Assembly: GCA_963717965.1 (NCBI GenBank)
Contig: CAVQXS010000004.1
Span: 81,118 to 145,117, forward strand
Source of the DNA: an uncultured Thermoleophilia bacterium
GTDB lineage: Bacteria > Actinomycetota > Thermoleophilia > UBA2241
Reading direction: 5' to 3'
Length of the DNA: 64,000 bases
The translations under genes were made by a program, and so were the position numbers. Below are positions 21,316-31,763 of the stretch, one piece after another (position 1 is the first letter of the stretch; each line of letters starts with the position of its first letter). The notes beneath the pieces are model-generated. The model made no database searches and was not told where the DNA came from. It saw only the letters and a program-made list of their open reading frames with translations.

Positions 21316-21747
21316 ATGGCCACCATCCAGAAGCACATCGCCGTGGACGCGGCGCCGTCCGCGGTCGGCGCCACCTGGTCCCGGTTCATCAAGTGGGCCC
21401 ACACCGGGCCCGGCCGCCTCGCCTGCGACGAGCTCGCCTGCTTCGACGCGGTACGGGCGGGCCTCGTGCGGTTCGACACCAGCCCCTCAGGCGGGACCCT
21501 CGTGGTCTTCAGCATCGAGCAGATGGAGGGGGGTCCGGCGGCCGACGTCCTCGAGCGTCACCTCGGTCACGACCTCGTGATCTTCAAGGACTACGTCGAG
21601 CGAGGCGGCGTCGCGTCGGGCAAGCCATTGCCGCCGGAAGAGACGGTGCTCGAGCTCGAGGCCGACCGCCACGGCGACGCGCCGCGCCACGTGCGGCTGA
21701 GCGACGAGAGCGACAGCACGTTCATGATCAGTCACTTCCCCGCGTGA
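21316..21747 (+). CDS. SRPBCC-like (polyketide cyclase/dehydrase fold) hypothetical protein
   Basis: ATG at 21316 after GGAGTGGAG. N-terminal pattern (I.KHIAVDAAPSAVGATWSRFIKW) typical of SRPBCC proteins. Confidence 0.55.
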   Translation: MATIQKHIAVDAAPSAVGATWSRFIKWAHTGPGRLACDELACFDAVRAGLVRFDTSPSGGTLVVFSIEQMEGGPAADVLERHLGHDLVIFKDYVERGGVASGKPLPPEETVLELEADRHGDAPRHVRLSDESDSTFMISHFPA

Positions 21748-22577
21748 GTGGGGAGGACGAGCACGACGCGCAGGGGAGTGGCCGGCTGTGGCCGGCCGTT
21801 CGCCTGCGCGTCGCCACCTTCAACATCCGCAGCGGCCTGGGGCGCGACGGGCGGAACGCATGGCCGTTCCGGGCAGGCGCCTGTGCGAGCGCCATCGCCG
21901 GCCTCCACGCCGATGTGGTCGGCCTGCAGGAGGTGCGGCCCTTCCAGGAGCGCAGCCTGGCGCGCCGGCTGCCCGGCTACGCCGGCGCCGGCGCCGGCCG
22001 CGAGGACGGCCGCGGGCGGGGCGAGCGCTGCACCGTCGCCTACCTCCCGTCGCGCCTGCGCCTCGAGGGCTGGACGGTGCGCTGGTTCTCGGACACGCCG
22101 TCGGCGCCGGGCTCGCGCTCGTGGGGCAACCCCATCCCACGCATCGTGACGCTCTGCCGGTTCACGGATCTGCGGACCGGAGAGCTCCTCGGGGTCGCGA
22201 ACACGCACTGGGACGGCGCCTCGGCGTCCTCGCGCCTGCGCGCCGCCGAGGCGCTGCTCGCCTGGCTCGACCCCGCGCTGCCGTGGATCGTGCTCGGCGA
22301 CCTCAACGCGACGGCCGCGGATCCCGCCGTCGCGCGCCTGGTCGCCGGGGGCCTGCGCGACACGCTCGCCCCCCTGGGCGCGCGCGGGCCGCAGGCCGCG
22401 ACGCACCACGCGTGGGACGGCTCCACCGACGGCACGCGCATCGACTTCGTCCTCGCCGGCGACCGCTGGGACGTCCTCGAGGCGCGCATCGACCACACCC
22501 GCCCCGGCGGGCGGCTGCCGTCAGACCACTGGCCGGTGGTCGCCGACCTCGCGCTGCGGCCGGCCGCGGCGACCTGA
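21744..22577 (+). CDS. Endonuclease/exonuclease/phosphatase (EEP) family protein
   Basis: VATFNIRSG…GLQEV…LGDLNA…SDHWPV EEP catalytic motifs. GTG 21744 overlaps the previous stop (GTGA). Confidence 0.75.
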   Translation: MSGEDEHDAQGSGRLWPAVRLRVATFNIRSGLGRDGRNAWPFRAGACASAIAGLHADVVGLQEVRPFQERSLARRLPGYAGAGAGREDGRGRGERCTVAYLPSRLRLEGWTVRWFSDTPSAPGSRSWGNPIPRIVTLCRFTDLRTGELLGVANTHWDGASASSRLRAAEALLAWLDPALPWIVLGDLNATAADPAVARLVAGGLRDTLAPLGARGPQAATHHAWDGSTDGTRIDFVLAGDRWDVLEARIDHTRPGGRLPSDHWPVVADLALRPAAAT

Positions 22578-22604
22578 CGCGCGGGCACCGCTCGACTCGC
22601 CCTC

Positions 22605-23171
22605 ATGGACGCCGCCATCCACACGATCCGCAGCGCCGACCGGCCCGCAGCCGCACGACTCCTGGACGACGCCGTGGGGCCCGGGTTCTGGAGCTTCGAC
22701 GACGCCGACGAGTCGCTCTCGTGCGTCGCCGTGACGGAGGCGGGCGTGGCCGGCGTCGTCCTAGCCCGCCTCGCGCCCGCGGACGATCCCGACGCACGGA
22801 CGGCGCTCGGACCGTCCGCCAAGGGCCTCGCCGGGGCCGGCGACCCCGTGCTGCACGTGCGCGAGCTCGCCGTCGCGCCTCGAGCGCGGCGCGCGGGCCT
22901 CGCCTCCCGGCTGCTCGCCCGCGCGGAAACGGAGGCGCTCTCGCGCGGGGCCTCGGCGGCGTTCGCCTTCGGCTGGCTGCCGGCAGGGCGCCCGGAGCCG
23001 GATGCCGTCCCCTTCTACGAGGCGGCCGGCTACGCGCCCGGGCCCGACATCACCGGGTTCTACGCCGCGGGCAGTGTCGCCTCCGTGGCGCGCTGCCCGT
23101 ACTGCGGCGAGCCGCCGTGCCGCTGCGCGGCGCGGCCCTTCGTCAAGCGTCTGGCGCCCGCGGCCGGCTGA
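22605..23171 (+). CDS. GNAT family N-acetyltransferase with C-terminal Cys-rich tail
   Basis: Acetyl-CoA binding region (ELAVAPRARRAGLASRLLARAE). C-terminal CPYCGEPPCRC. Confidence 0.7.
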   Translation: MDAAIHTIRSADRPAAARLLDDAVGPGFWSFDDADESLSCVAVTEAGVAGVVLARLAPADDPDARTALGPSAKGLAGAGDPVLHVRELAVAPRARRAGLASRLLARAETEALSRGASAAFAFGWLPAGRPEPDAVPFYEAAGYAPGPDITGFYAAGSVASVARCPYCGEPPCRCAARPFVKRLAPAAG

Positions 23172-23207
23172 CCTGGCGCCGCGAGCATCCGGGCGGCCGG
23201 CCCGGCC

Positions 23208-24200
23208 TCACCTCTCCCGGGTGTCCGGCGACCAGGTCCGGCGCTTCTGCGCCCACTCGGGGTCGTCGCGCCAGACGAAGGTGTCGTTCTGCAGGTCGCG
23301 CAGCGCGATCGAGAGCTCCTCGCGCGTGTTCATGACGAAGGGGCCGTAGCGGGCGATCGGCTCGCCCAGCGGCTTGCCGCTGACGAGCAGAAAGCGCACG
23401 GGTGCGGCGTCGGCCTCGACGCGCACCTCGTCGCCGTCGCCGAAGACGGCCATCTGCGGCGCCGCGAGCAGCACGCCGTCGAGGTCGCCGCGGTAGCCGA
23501 GGTCGCAGCCGACGCCGAAGCGGCCCTCGCCCTCGAAGGCGTACGCGAGGGCCGCGTGCCCCCTCGCCACCGGCTGGACGAAGTGCGCCCCCGCCGGCAG
23601 CGACACGTCGAGGTACTCGGGCTCGGCGTAGATCGCCGTCACCGCGCCGCCCACCCCGTCCACCTCGCCGGCGACGACGCGGATCACCGACCCGTCGTCG
23701 CGCCGTACCTCGGGGACCTGCGCGGCGCTCAGGTCCTGATACCGCGGGTGCGACATCTTGAGCTCCGCCGGGAGGTTGACCCAGAGCTGAAAGCCCTCCA
23801 TGTGACCGTCGGCGGGCGCCTTCGGCATCTCCTCGTGCATGATGCCGCCGCCGGCGGTCATCCACTGGATGTCCCCGGCGCCGATCGCCCCGGCGTTGCC
23901 GATGCTGTCACGGTGGTCGACCTCCCCGGCGAGCATGTATGTCACCGTCTCGATGCCCCGATGGGGGTGCCACGGGAAGCCGGCCAGGTAGTCGCCCGGA
24001 TCATGCGAGCCGAAGTGGTCGAACAACAGGAAGGGATCGATGTAGTCGAGCGTCGGGGTGGCGATGCTGCGCTTCAGCCGTACGCCGGCGCCTTCGATCA
24101 CCGGCTGCGGGGTGATGACGCGCTCGACCGTGCGGGGTTGCTCGCGGAGCGGTGGCCCTCCGGGGCCCCGCTCGATAGCTTGTCTGCGAAGGCTATTCAT
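23208..24200 (-). CDS. Pirin family protein (cupin)
   Basis: HPHRGIETVTYMLAGEVDHRDSIGNAGAIGAGDIQWMTAGGGIMHEE cupin motif. Confidence 0.85.
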   Translation of the reverse strand: MNSLRRQAIERGPGGPPLREQPRTVERVITPQPVIEGAGVRLKRSIATPTLDYIDPFLLFDHFGSHDPGDYLAGFPWHPHRGIETVTYMLAGEVDHRDSIGNAGAIGAGDIQWMTAGGGIMHEEMPKAPADGHMEGFQLWVNLPAELKMSHPRYQDLSAAQVPEVRRDDGSVIRVVAGEVDGVGGAVTAIYAEPEYLDVSLPAGAHFVQPVARGHAALAYAFEGEGRFGVGCDLGYRGDLDGVLLAAPQMAVFGDGDEVRVEADAAPVRFLLVSGKPLGEPIARYGPFVMNTREELSIALRDLQNDTFVWRDDPEWAQKRRTWSPDTRER

Positions 24201-24799
24201 GCTGGACTCCTCGGGAGGGTGCTCGTGCCCAGTACCTTCCCGGACCGGCCGAGCGAGAACCGTCGCCGCAGCCGCCCGCCCTCGCCCCGGCGGAGGTCCG
24301 CGGGCCGGGCGACCGCTCCCCGGGCGTCAGGCTGCGCCGCGTCTTCGCGAGGATGGTCACGGCGACCGCGACGAACACGCATCGAGGCGAGCACCGGCTG
24401 CCACACCGGCGCCCACCACTCCGCCGGGATAAGAAAGAGCAGGTCGCGGTCGCCCGGCGACGACGGCCAGCCGAGCAGCACCCATAGCCACACGTAGTAG
24501 AAGATGTCCCAGACGCCGAAGGCGAGGAGCCAGTAAGCGAAGCGCTGCCACCAGGTGCGCCCGGCGAGGTAGCCCACGGCGAGGAGCATGACCATGGTCG
24601 CCGCCTCGCGCGCCTGCTCGTAGGGGAGGTAGGCGCGCGGGAAGTGGAAGTCGGCGGGCGTGAAATCGAGATGGTACTGCAGCCCGAACAGCTTGCGCAG
24701 GTAGAAGACGACCATCGCCTCGACGAGCGCGAAGGCGATCGCCCAGACCGCGACCACGGCGAAGCGCACCCAGGGGCTCTTGTCGGAGGCGACGCTCAT
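24197..24799 (-). CDS. Hypothetical integral membrane protein (Trp/Tyr-rich helices)
   Basis: 4-5 predicted TM helices. Stop overlaps the pirin start (ATGA). C-terminal end uncertain. Confidence 0.5.
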   Translation of the reverse strand: MSVASDKSPWVRFAVVAVWAIAFALVEAMVVFYLRKLFGLQYHLDFTPADFHFPRAYLPYEQAREAATMVMLLAVGYLAGRTWWQRFAYWLLAFGVWDIFYYVWLWVLLGWPSSPGDRDLLFLIPAEWWAPVWQPVLASMRVRRGRRDHPREDAAQPDARGAVARPADLRRGEGGRLRRRFSLGRSGKVLGTSTLPRSPA

Positions 24800-24886
24800 G
24801 TCGGCCCCGATGATACGAGCCCGCGCGGCGAACGTCGCCCCTACGAGTGTACGGCGCGCGGCGGCAGGGCCAGGCGGACGGGCGCG

Positions 24887-25597
24887 TCAGCCGGCGGCGC
24901 GCCGGGCCGGCCGGCTGCGCAGGCGCCAGGCGAAGCCCGCCAGGCGGGCCTCGTCGATCGGGTCGCCGTCGTTGTAGACGAAGAGCGCCGGGAGGCCGGC
25001 CTCACGCCGCAGCTGCGCTTCGGCGATCAGGGCCGGCCCGCACCCCCGCGGCGCCACGGACACGACGCCGTCGACGGGCTGCGTGCGCCAGCTGAGCAGC
25101 GCGCCGCCGACCGTGGGGATGGTCTCGCCGAACGGGTACGGGGCCACCAGCCGGCGGCTCTCGCGGTCCACGACGCGCACCTCGTTCCAGAACACCCACG
25201 GATGCTCGGCGCGCACCGCCTTCACGAGGCGGCCGATGACGTAGCGCATCGTCGCCAGCGTGGCCTCCTTCTCGGCCCGCTTCGCGAGCGGCAGGCCGTC
25301 CTGGATCTGGCGCAGCTGGAGCAGCTCGAGGAAGGCCCCGTAGGGCTCGAAGATCACGCGCAGACCGTGGTCGGCGAGCTTGCGCTGCAGGTCGTCGTTG
25401 CCCCACTCGTCGACGCGGAGGTAGAGATCGCCGCAAAGGTACACGTCGCGCAGGCCGGCGGCCGCGGCGGGATCGCGCGGCAAGGCGACCCAGGCGCGGG
25501 CGGCGTCGCCGAGGAGCTCCTCGACCTCGGCGCAGAAGCGGAGGGCCCCGGCGACGTTGCCGGCCGTGCCGGCGTCCGGCCGGGGCTCCTCGAGCAT
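24887..25597 (-). CDS. DUF2229-like C-terminal segment of the activase-related protein, separated from the upstream ORF by an in-frame TAG
   Basis: Same reading frame as 25617..29449. Only TAG plus 7 codons separate them. Contains a GEIY-like motif region (VYLCGDLYLRVDEW…). Confidence 0.6.
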   Translation of the reverse strand: MLEEPRPDAGTAGNVAGALRFCAEVEELLGDAARAWVALPRDPAAAAGLRDVYLCGDLYLRVDEWGNDDLQRKLADHGLRVIFEPYGAFLELLQLRQIQDGLPLAKRAEKEATLATMRYVIGRLVKAVRAEHPWVFWNEVRVVDRESRRLVAPYPFGETIPTVGGALLSWRTQPVDGVVSVAPRGCGPALIAEAQLRREAGLPALFVYNDGDPIDEARLAGFAWRLRSRPARRAAG

Positions 25598-25616
25598 CCG
25601 CTCGAGACGGCCCGAG

Positions 25617-28600
25617 TACTACTCGAAGAGCGCGTCGCTCGCGCCCTGCTCGGCCTCGTCGGCGAAGCTGTAGAAGCGCAGCATGTTGAGCAGGTCGACG
25701 GCCACCAGCGCCGTCCAGACGACGGGCATCATGCGGACGTTGGCGGTCACGAGGCTGAAGTCGGCGACCTCGACGCGGTCGCTGAGCCCAAGGCGTTCCA
25801 GTGAGATCTGCTCGGTGAGCGGGAAGAGGTTCGCGCGGCACGCCTGGAAGCCGTTGCCGGCGCTCAGGAAGAGGGCGCGCTTGCCGTCCAGGCGCGTCGC
25901 TTCGTCGGCGAGGAAGCGCGCGAAGCTGCCCCAGATGAGCTGGTAGGGCAGGCACTCCTTGCCGGAGCAGGCGGCCCCGGCAGCGCGCAGGGCCGCGGCG
26001 TCCGGCTCGCCGACGAAGGCGGCGTCGTAGCCGGCGCCGCGCATCGCCGCCGCAAGGTGGCGGCCGAGCCCGCCGCCGACGTGGCCGAAGTAGAAGCGGT
26101 CGTAGCCGGCGTCGAGGCTGTGGGGGAGGCGCCGGTCGAGGCGCGCGAGGCGCGCCTGGATGCCGGCGCCGGTCGCGTCGTGCGACGCGGCGCGGCCGGC
26201 GCCGGCGGCGGCGTCCGCGCCGGTGGCCGTGCCCTCGTCCGCCGCAGCGACCGCGACGCCGTCAGCGGCGGTCTCGCGCCAGCGCCGCACGCTGTGCAGG
26301 AACGCCTGGACACGCGTGACGTAGCCGGCCTTGCCGCCATGGCCGTCGCTCTCGAGGACGGCGTGCGGCCACTCCTCGGTGAGGTCGGCGAACAGGTGCT
26401 CGATCATCGAGTTGGGGCCGCAGCCGTAGGCGCCGAGCAGTAGTGGATAGACGTCGCCGGCGACGGCGCCGGCGGCCGTGGCGCGCAGCGCCTGGCCGGC
26501 GCTGGCCCAGTGGACGCGTGACAGGCCGGGCATGTCGTCCGGCGTCGGGTAGCAGTCGACGGGCAGCGGCAGGGCGCCGTTGGCGGCGACCAGCTCGTGG
26601 ACGCCGGCGTCGAGCACCGCGTCGTGGATCACGTGCGTCTCGCCGGTGATCAGCACCACCGGGTAGCCGTGAGCGCGCGCCCACGCGAGCGTGCGCTCGC
26701 CGACGGCGCGCAGGCCGGCCTCGAAGCGGCGCTGCGCGTCGAGCGCCGCCTCATACGCCGCGGCGAAGGCGGCGCCCGCCGGCGACTCGCCGCCGGCGCC
26801 CTCCTCGAGCGCGCGCGCCGCGCGCGCGATCGAACGCCGCACGCGCGGCGCGTCGAAGCCGTCACCCTCCGTCTCGAAGAGAACCGGTCGCAGCACCCGG
26901 GTCCCGGACTCCTCCGCGGTCAGCGCCCTGCCGACCATGTCGGGTGCGCCCTGCGCCATGGGGCAGGTGTAGGTCTGCGCACCGGCGTTCGGCAGCGGCA
27001 GGTGCACGAAGAGCGGCGCGAGGAGCACATCGACGTCCGCGCCGGCCAGCCCGTGCAGCAGCTTCACCGGTGCGCAGGCGCCCGGGGCGGCGCAGCGCCG
27101 GTCGCCCTCGGCGAGCGTGTCCTGCCCGGGGCGGAGGACCTCCACCCGGTAGCCGAGCCGCCGCAGCAGCGTGTGGAAGAACGGCAGCGTGTCGATGAGG
27201 TAATGTGCGTAGGGCAGGCCGATGAGCGGGCCGTCGGAGAGCTCGGCTCTTCCGCCCGGGCCGGCGGCCTCGTCCCCGTCTTCAGCTTCCTCCTCCAGCA
27301 GTCCCCGGAGCAGCTCGTCGCGCTCCCGGTACGGGTTCGGCGCGTCCTTGGGCAGCTTCTCCCCCGCCGCGGACACCGCGTCGTACTTAGGGCACTGCCC
27401 GCCGCTCACGATCTTCTCGCGCGTCCCCAGAACGTCGATCTCGGCGAGCTCGAGGTGGCAGCTGTTCCGGCAGTCGCGATCCTTGCACTGGAAGGCGCGG
27501 CGGCCGGCGACGCGAGCGTCGAGGACGCGGCCGAGGTCGATGCCCGCCGCCGCGCCGAGCTCGCCGAGCGACCCGCCGTTCCCGGCCGCCCGGCCGGCCA
27601 GCAGCGCGATGCCGATAGCCCCCATCGCGCCCGGATCCGCCGGCACCACGACCTCGCGCTCGAGCACGGCGGCCAGCGTGCGCGCCAGCGCCGGATCGGT
27701 CGCCGGCTTTCCTTGGAAGAAGACCCGGCTCAGCAGCCGGCGCTGGCCCATCACCCGGCTGCGGTAGTTACGCACCACGGAGTGCTGCAGGCCGGCGAAG
27801 ATGTCGTCGCGGCTGAAGCCGTCGCCGAGAGCCTCGGCGGCGACGTCGGCGACGAAGACGGTGCAGGTCTGGCCGAGGTCGGGCGGCCCGTCGCTGCGCG
27901 CGGCCAGCCGCCCGAACTCGGCGATGTCGTCCACCCCGTGGGCGATCGCCTGCTCCTCGAGGAACGAGCCGGTGCCGGCGCTGCACACGCGGTTCATGTC
28001 GGCGTCGACGACGCGGCCGTTCTCGACGTTGATGAACTTCGCGTCCTGGCCGCCGATCTCGACGATCGAGAGGCTGCGTCCCTCGTCCGCGTCGAGGACG
28101 GCGGCCGCGGTCGCGTGGGCGACGATCTCGTTCTGGACGGTGAGCCGCTCGTCGAGGCCCGGGAAGGCGGCGCGGAAGACGGTCGCTGCGGCGTCGCGGC
28201 CGGAGCCGGTGAGCCCGACCGCGATCACCGGGGCCGGCGCCATCTCGGCGACCTCGGCGACCAGCGCCTGCGCCGCCTCCACGGGGTTGCCCTCGGTGCG
28301 CCGGTACACGCTGGCCAGCACGGCGCCGGATGCGAGATCGACGAGCGCGGCCTTGGAACCGGTCGACCCGAGGTCGAGGCCGAGGACGGCCGGCGCGTCC
28401 GGAGCGGCCGCACTGTCCTGCGCCTCCTCGAGACGCACGACCGCGCCCGGTCCCCTGCTCGCCGGCTCGAGGCGGCCGATGCGGCGGCGCGCCGGCCGCA
28501 CGAGCGCCGCGGGATCGACGGGGAATCCGGCGGGCCTGGCGGCGGCCGGCCCGCGGCCGCGCCCCGCGACCGCCGCGGCCGCGCTTGCCCTAGCCTCGCT

Positions 28601-29449
28601 GGCCGCCGCCTCGCTCGCCCGCCGCGCCGCGAAGCGAAGCGCACCGAGGGCCTCGAACACACCGGCCTGCTGCGCCACCTCGACGGGCGCGTCGCTGAGC
28701 GCGCCGACGCCGGCGGCGATGGGGCCGATGAAGGCCCCGTGCCCGATGAGCACGACGGGGCCGTCGATCTTGCGCTTGTCGTAGAGGCTGTGGACGTTGC
28801 GGGCGACGCCGTCGAACAGGCCGCGGAAGATCCGTCCGTGGGTCTCGCCCTGGTTGGCGAAGTGCGTGAGCTCGCTCTTGGCGAAGACGGCGCAGCGACT
28901 GGTGACGGTGACGCCGTCAGGGCTGTCCTCGGCCAGGGCGACGGCGTCGTCCAGCGAGCGGCCCAGCCGGGCGCAGAGGCCCTCGACGGTCTCGCCGGTG
29001 CCGGCCGAGCAGCGCTCGTTGGCCTCGTAGAGCACGCGCCCGCGCACGTCGCGCGTGAGCACCGAGTAGCCGCCGCCGCCGATGCGGACGACGTTCAGGG
29101 GACCGTCCGGATAGAGCCAGGCGGCGGCCAGCTCCTGGGCGATCTCCTCGGGGACGCCGCCGAGGGCGGGCTCGCCGAGGCGTTCGCCGTAGATCCCCGT
29201 GGCGGCGACGCCCGCCAGGCGCTCGTGGTCGAGCTCCCGGTACAGGTCGAGGAACGGGCGGAGTGGCTCGCCGAGGTGGCGCTCCGCCCGGGTCTCCAGC
29301 AGAAGGAGCTCCCCGTCCTCGCCCACTTCGCCGACGGCCAGGGATGTCGTGACTTTGCCGAAGTCCACGCCCACCAGGAGCGGCAAGACGGCGGCGGCAG
29401 GGCGCGGGCCGGGCGCGTCGGGGCCGGGACGTGCGGAGGGGTCGTTCAC
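25617..29449 (-). CDS. Acyl-CoA dehydratase activase-related protein: two BadF/BadG/BcrA/BcrD-type ATPase domains plus HgdB/DUF2229-like Cys-containing region
   Basis: Two ASKHA/BcrAD ATPase repeats (VGVDFGKVTTSLAV…; LGLDLGSTGSKAAL…). Downstream Cys motifs (GQCPKYD, CAAPGACAP, YTCPMAQ). GTG start 29449. Ends at TAG 25617-25619. Confidence 0.8.
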
Positions 29450-29536
29450 GCCCCTGCTTATACCAGAGCGGGCGTGCGCGAACCATTCGACGGCAAGGTC
29501 GCCGCCGGCCGCGCGCGCAGCGCCGTCAGGCCTGGT

Positions 29537-29987
29537 TCAGCTGCCGCGGCGGCGATCCGGGCCGCCGTGGGACGCCCGCGCCGTCCGGCGATCGCCGACG
29601 TGCTCCACGCCGTCGCCGCCCTCGAGCCAGCCGGTCCCTCCGAGGCGGGCGTCGCTGAGCGAGCGGGCCAGGATCATGACGAGGTCGTCGTTCGGCTCGG
29701 CGAGCCAGGCGGCCACGGCGGCGTCGAGCGCGGGAGACGCGCCCTCCGGCTGCACGGCTCGCCACACGTCGCCGTCCTCCAGGAGGAGGTACCGGTCGCC
29801 GCCTCCGGGCCGCCGGTCGTCGAGCAACCAGCCCTGTGTCTGCGGGAGCAGCCCCGGGAGCGTCTCCGTCGGCGAAGACGACTCCGCGGTTCGGGGCGCG
29901 GCCGGCCGTACGCATCGAGGCGGTGTACCTCGTGACGACCTCACGCAGCTTCCCGCGCGGATCCTTGGGACGGTAGCTGTACTCCAT
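29537..29987 (-). pseudogene. Hypothetical protein (MEYSYRPKDPRGKLREVVTRY…), frameshifted near 29875
   Basis: ATG 29987 with strong GGGAGGGG RBS. Protein-like N-terminus switches to another frame (…TETLPGLLPQTQGWLLDD… stop 29537) at a GGGG run. Confidence 0.5.
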
Positions 29988-30144
29988 CTTGCCCCTCCCT
30001 ACCATGCTGGTACGGCCATTGTGTGGCGAAGAGGGTGACGATGCAAGAGTCTCGGGGGCAGGCGGTTGCCCGTCCTGGCGCCACCGCCGATGGCTCGCGG
30101 CTCGTTGGCTGGGCCGCACGCATGCCGCGGGGTACAGTAGCGGC

Positions 30145-30972
30145 ATGACCGATGACCGCGGGCTCGACCCGGACCTGGAACGGCTGCTCGACGACGCCTG
30201 GGAGGCGCTCGACGACGGCGACCTGCGCGCCGTGAAGCGGGCGCTGCGCAGCGCCCGCGACGCGGCCGCCGACGACCCCGCCGTGATCGAGCTCGAGGCG
30301 GCACTCGCGCGCGAGCAGGACGACCCCGAGGCGGCGCTCGAGGCGTACCGGCGCTGGAGCGAGGCCGACCCCGACGACCCGGAGCCCTGGCTGGGGTCCG
30401 CCGAGGTGTACCTCGACTACGACGAGGCCGGCGAGGCCGCGCGCCTGCTGCGCGAACTGCTCGCCGGCCCTCCCCTCGACCCGCTCGACGAGGCCGACGC
30501 CCGTCACCTGCTCGGCGTCGCCTGCGAGGACAAGGGCGACGCCAAAGGTATGGTCAAGGAGTGGCTCGCGACCCTCCGCCTCGACGAGGCGAACGACGGA
30601 CCCAAGCCGCGCATCGCGCGCAAGGAGTTCGAGCGGCTCGCCGCGGCGGCCCTCGACGAGCTGCCGGACGAGATCCTTGCACGCCTCGGCAACGTGCCCG
30701 TCTTCGTCGAGGACCACCCGTCCGAGGCGCTGATCCTCGAAGGCCTCGACCCCCGCACGCTCGGTCTCTTCCACGGCATCGCGATGCCCGACCAGTCGGT
30801 GCTGGGGCCGGGGCCCGACGTCGGCGTCATCCACCTCTTCCAGCGCAACCTGGAGCGCGAGGTGCCGGACGACGACGAGCTGGCCGAGCAGATCCGCATC
30901 ACCGTCCTGCACGAGACGGCGCACTACTTCGGCGCCGGCGAGCAGGACATGCACCGGTTCGGGCTGAACTAG
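30145..30972 (+). CDS. Metallopeptidase family protein with HExxH motif and TPR-like N-terminal region
   Basis: VLHETAHYFG zinc-binding HExxH near the C-terminus. ATG 30145. The track ORF starts at 29989. Confidence 0.7.
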   Translation: MTDDRGLDPDLERLLDDAWEALDDGDLRAVKRALRSARDAAADDPAVIELEAALAREQDDPEAALEAYRRWSEADPDDPEPWLGSAEVYLDYDEAGEAARLLRELLAGPPLDPLDEADARHLLGVACEDKGDAKGMVKEWLATLRLDEANDGPKPRIARKEFERLAAAALDELPDEILARLGNVPVFVEDHPSEALILEGLDPRTLGLFHGIAMPDQSVLGPGPDVGVIHLFQRNLEREVPDDDELAEQIRITVLHETAHYFGAGEQDMHRFGLN

Positions 30973-30987
30973 CGAGCCGGGCGGCGG

Positions 30988-31608
30988 TCAGGCGAGGGCG
31001 CGGAGGCCGAGCAGCTGCAGCGCGCGCTTCTTGAGCGCGCTGCCGATCTCGGCCTTGGCGGCCTCGTCGGCGCCGCCGCCGATGAGGAACGCGTAGCCCT
31101 CCTCGAGCGCCTTCACAGCCACGGCCAGCTCATGGGCGTCGTCGCCGGAGATGTGGCCGGCCTTCATGCACTCGGCGAGCGTCGTTTCCACGAGCTCGAG
31201 CGACGCCTCGTAGAGGGCCGCGAAGCGCTTGCGCACCTCCGGGTGCCGCAGGCTGATGTAGAAGCACGCGTAGAAGACGCTGTCGTCGAGCAGCTGGTGG
31301 TACTCGGGATCGAAGAACGTGTCCAGGATGGCCGAAAGACGTTCGCGCGAATCGGCGATCGCCGCCAGCCGGTCGCCGTAGCCCTGCCGGTACTCCTCGA
31401 GCAGGTAGTCGACCAGCTCGATCGTCATCTGCTCCTTGGTGCCGAAGTAGTGAATGAGGAGGCTTGGTGGCGCGTCGATCCGCTTGGCGATCCTGGCGAT
31501 CGACGCGCCCTGCAGACCCTCGTCCTTGAGCACCTGGTAGTAGGCGGCCAGCATCTCGCGACGCCGGATCCTGGCCCACTCCTCGCGCCTCACCGCCCGA
31601 CCTCCCAT
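30988..31608 (-). CDS. TetR/AcrR family transcriptional regulator
   Basis: N-terminal HTH (ASIARIAKRIDAPPSLLIHYFGTKEQM). Confidence 0.85.
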   Translation of the reverse strand: MGGRAVRREEWARIRRREMLAAYYQVLKDEGLQGASIARIAKRIDAPPSLLIHYFGTKEQMTIELVDYLLEEYRQGYGDRLAAIADSRERLSAILDTFFDPEYHQLLDDSVFYACFYISLRHPEVRKRFAALYEASLELVETTLAECMKAGHISGDDAHELAVAVKALEEGYAFLIGGGADEAAKAEIGSALKKRALQLLGLRALA

Positions 31609-31682
31609 CCTGACTGAACGTTCGAGCCGCGGGGACGACTCCGGACCACTCTACCCCTCCCCGCGCGCAGGAGGGAACGACA

Positions 31683-31721
31683 GACGGGGCCGGGAGCTCG
31701 CAGCGAGCGCCCGGCCCCGTC
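31683..31721. terminator. Strong GC hairpin: 12-bp perfect stem GACGGGGCCGGG / CCCGGCCCCGTC with a palindromic loop
   Basis: Inverted repeat read directly. Lies downstream of the PRC-barrel gene on the minus strand. Confidence 0.6.
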
Positions 31722-31763
31722 CGTCCTTCCGGACCCGTCACGGGCCGTCGCCCGAGGGTCCGC

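Noticed and set aside
25617-25619. TAG recoding (for example pyrrolysine or readthrough code) as an explanation for the in-frame stop
   Set aside because: TAG terminates the histidine kinase and response regulator genes in the same window, so it functions as a normal stop.
26597-29935. 1112-aa plus-strand ORF
   Set aside because: Antisense to the activase gene. Low-complexity Arg/Ala/Gly-rich translation typical of no-stop frames in 72% GC DNA.
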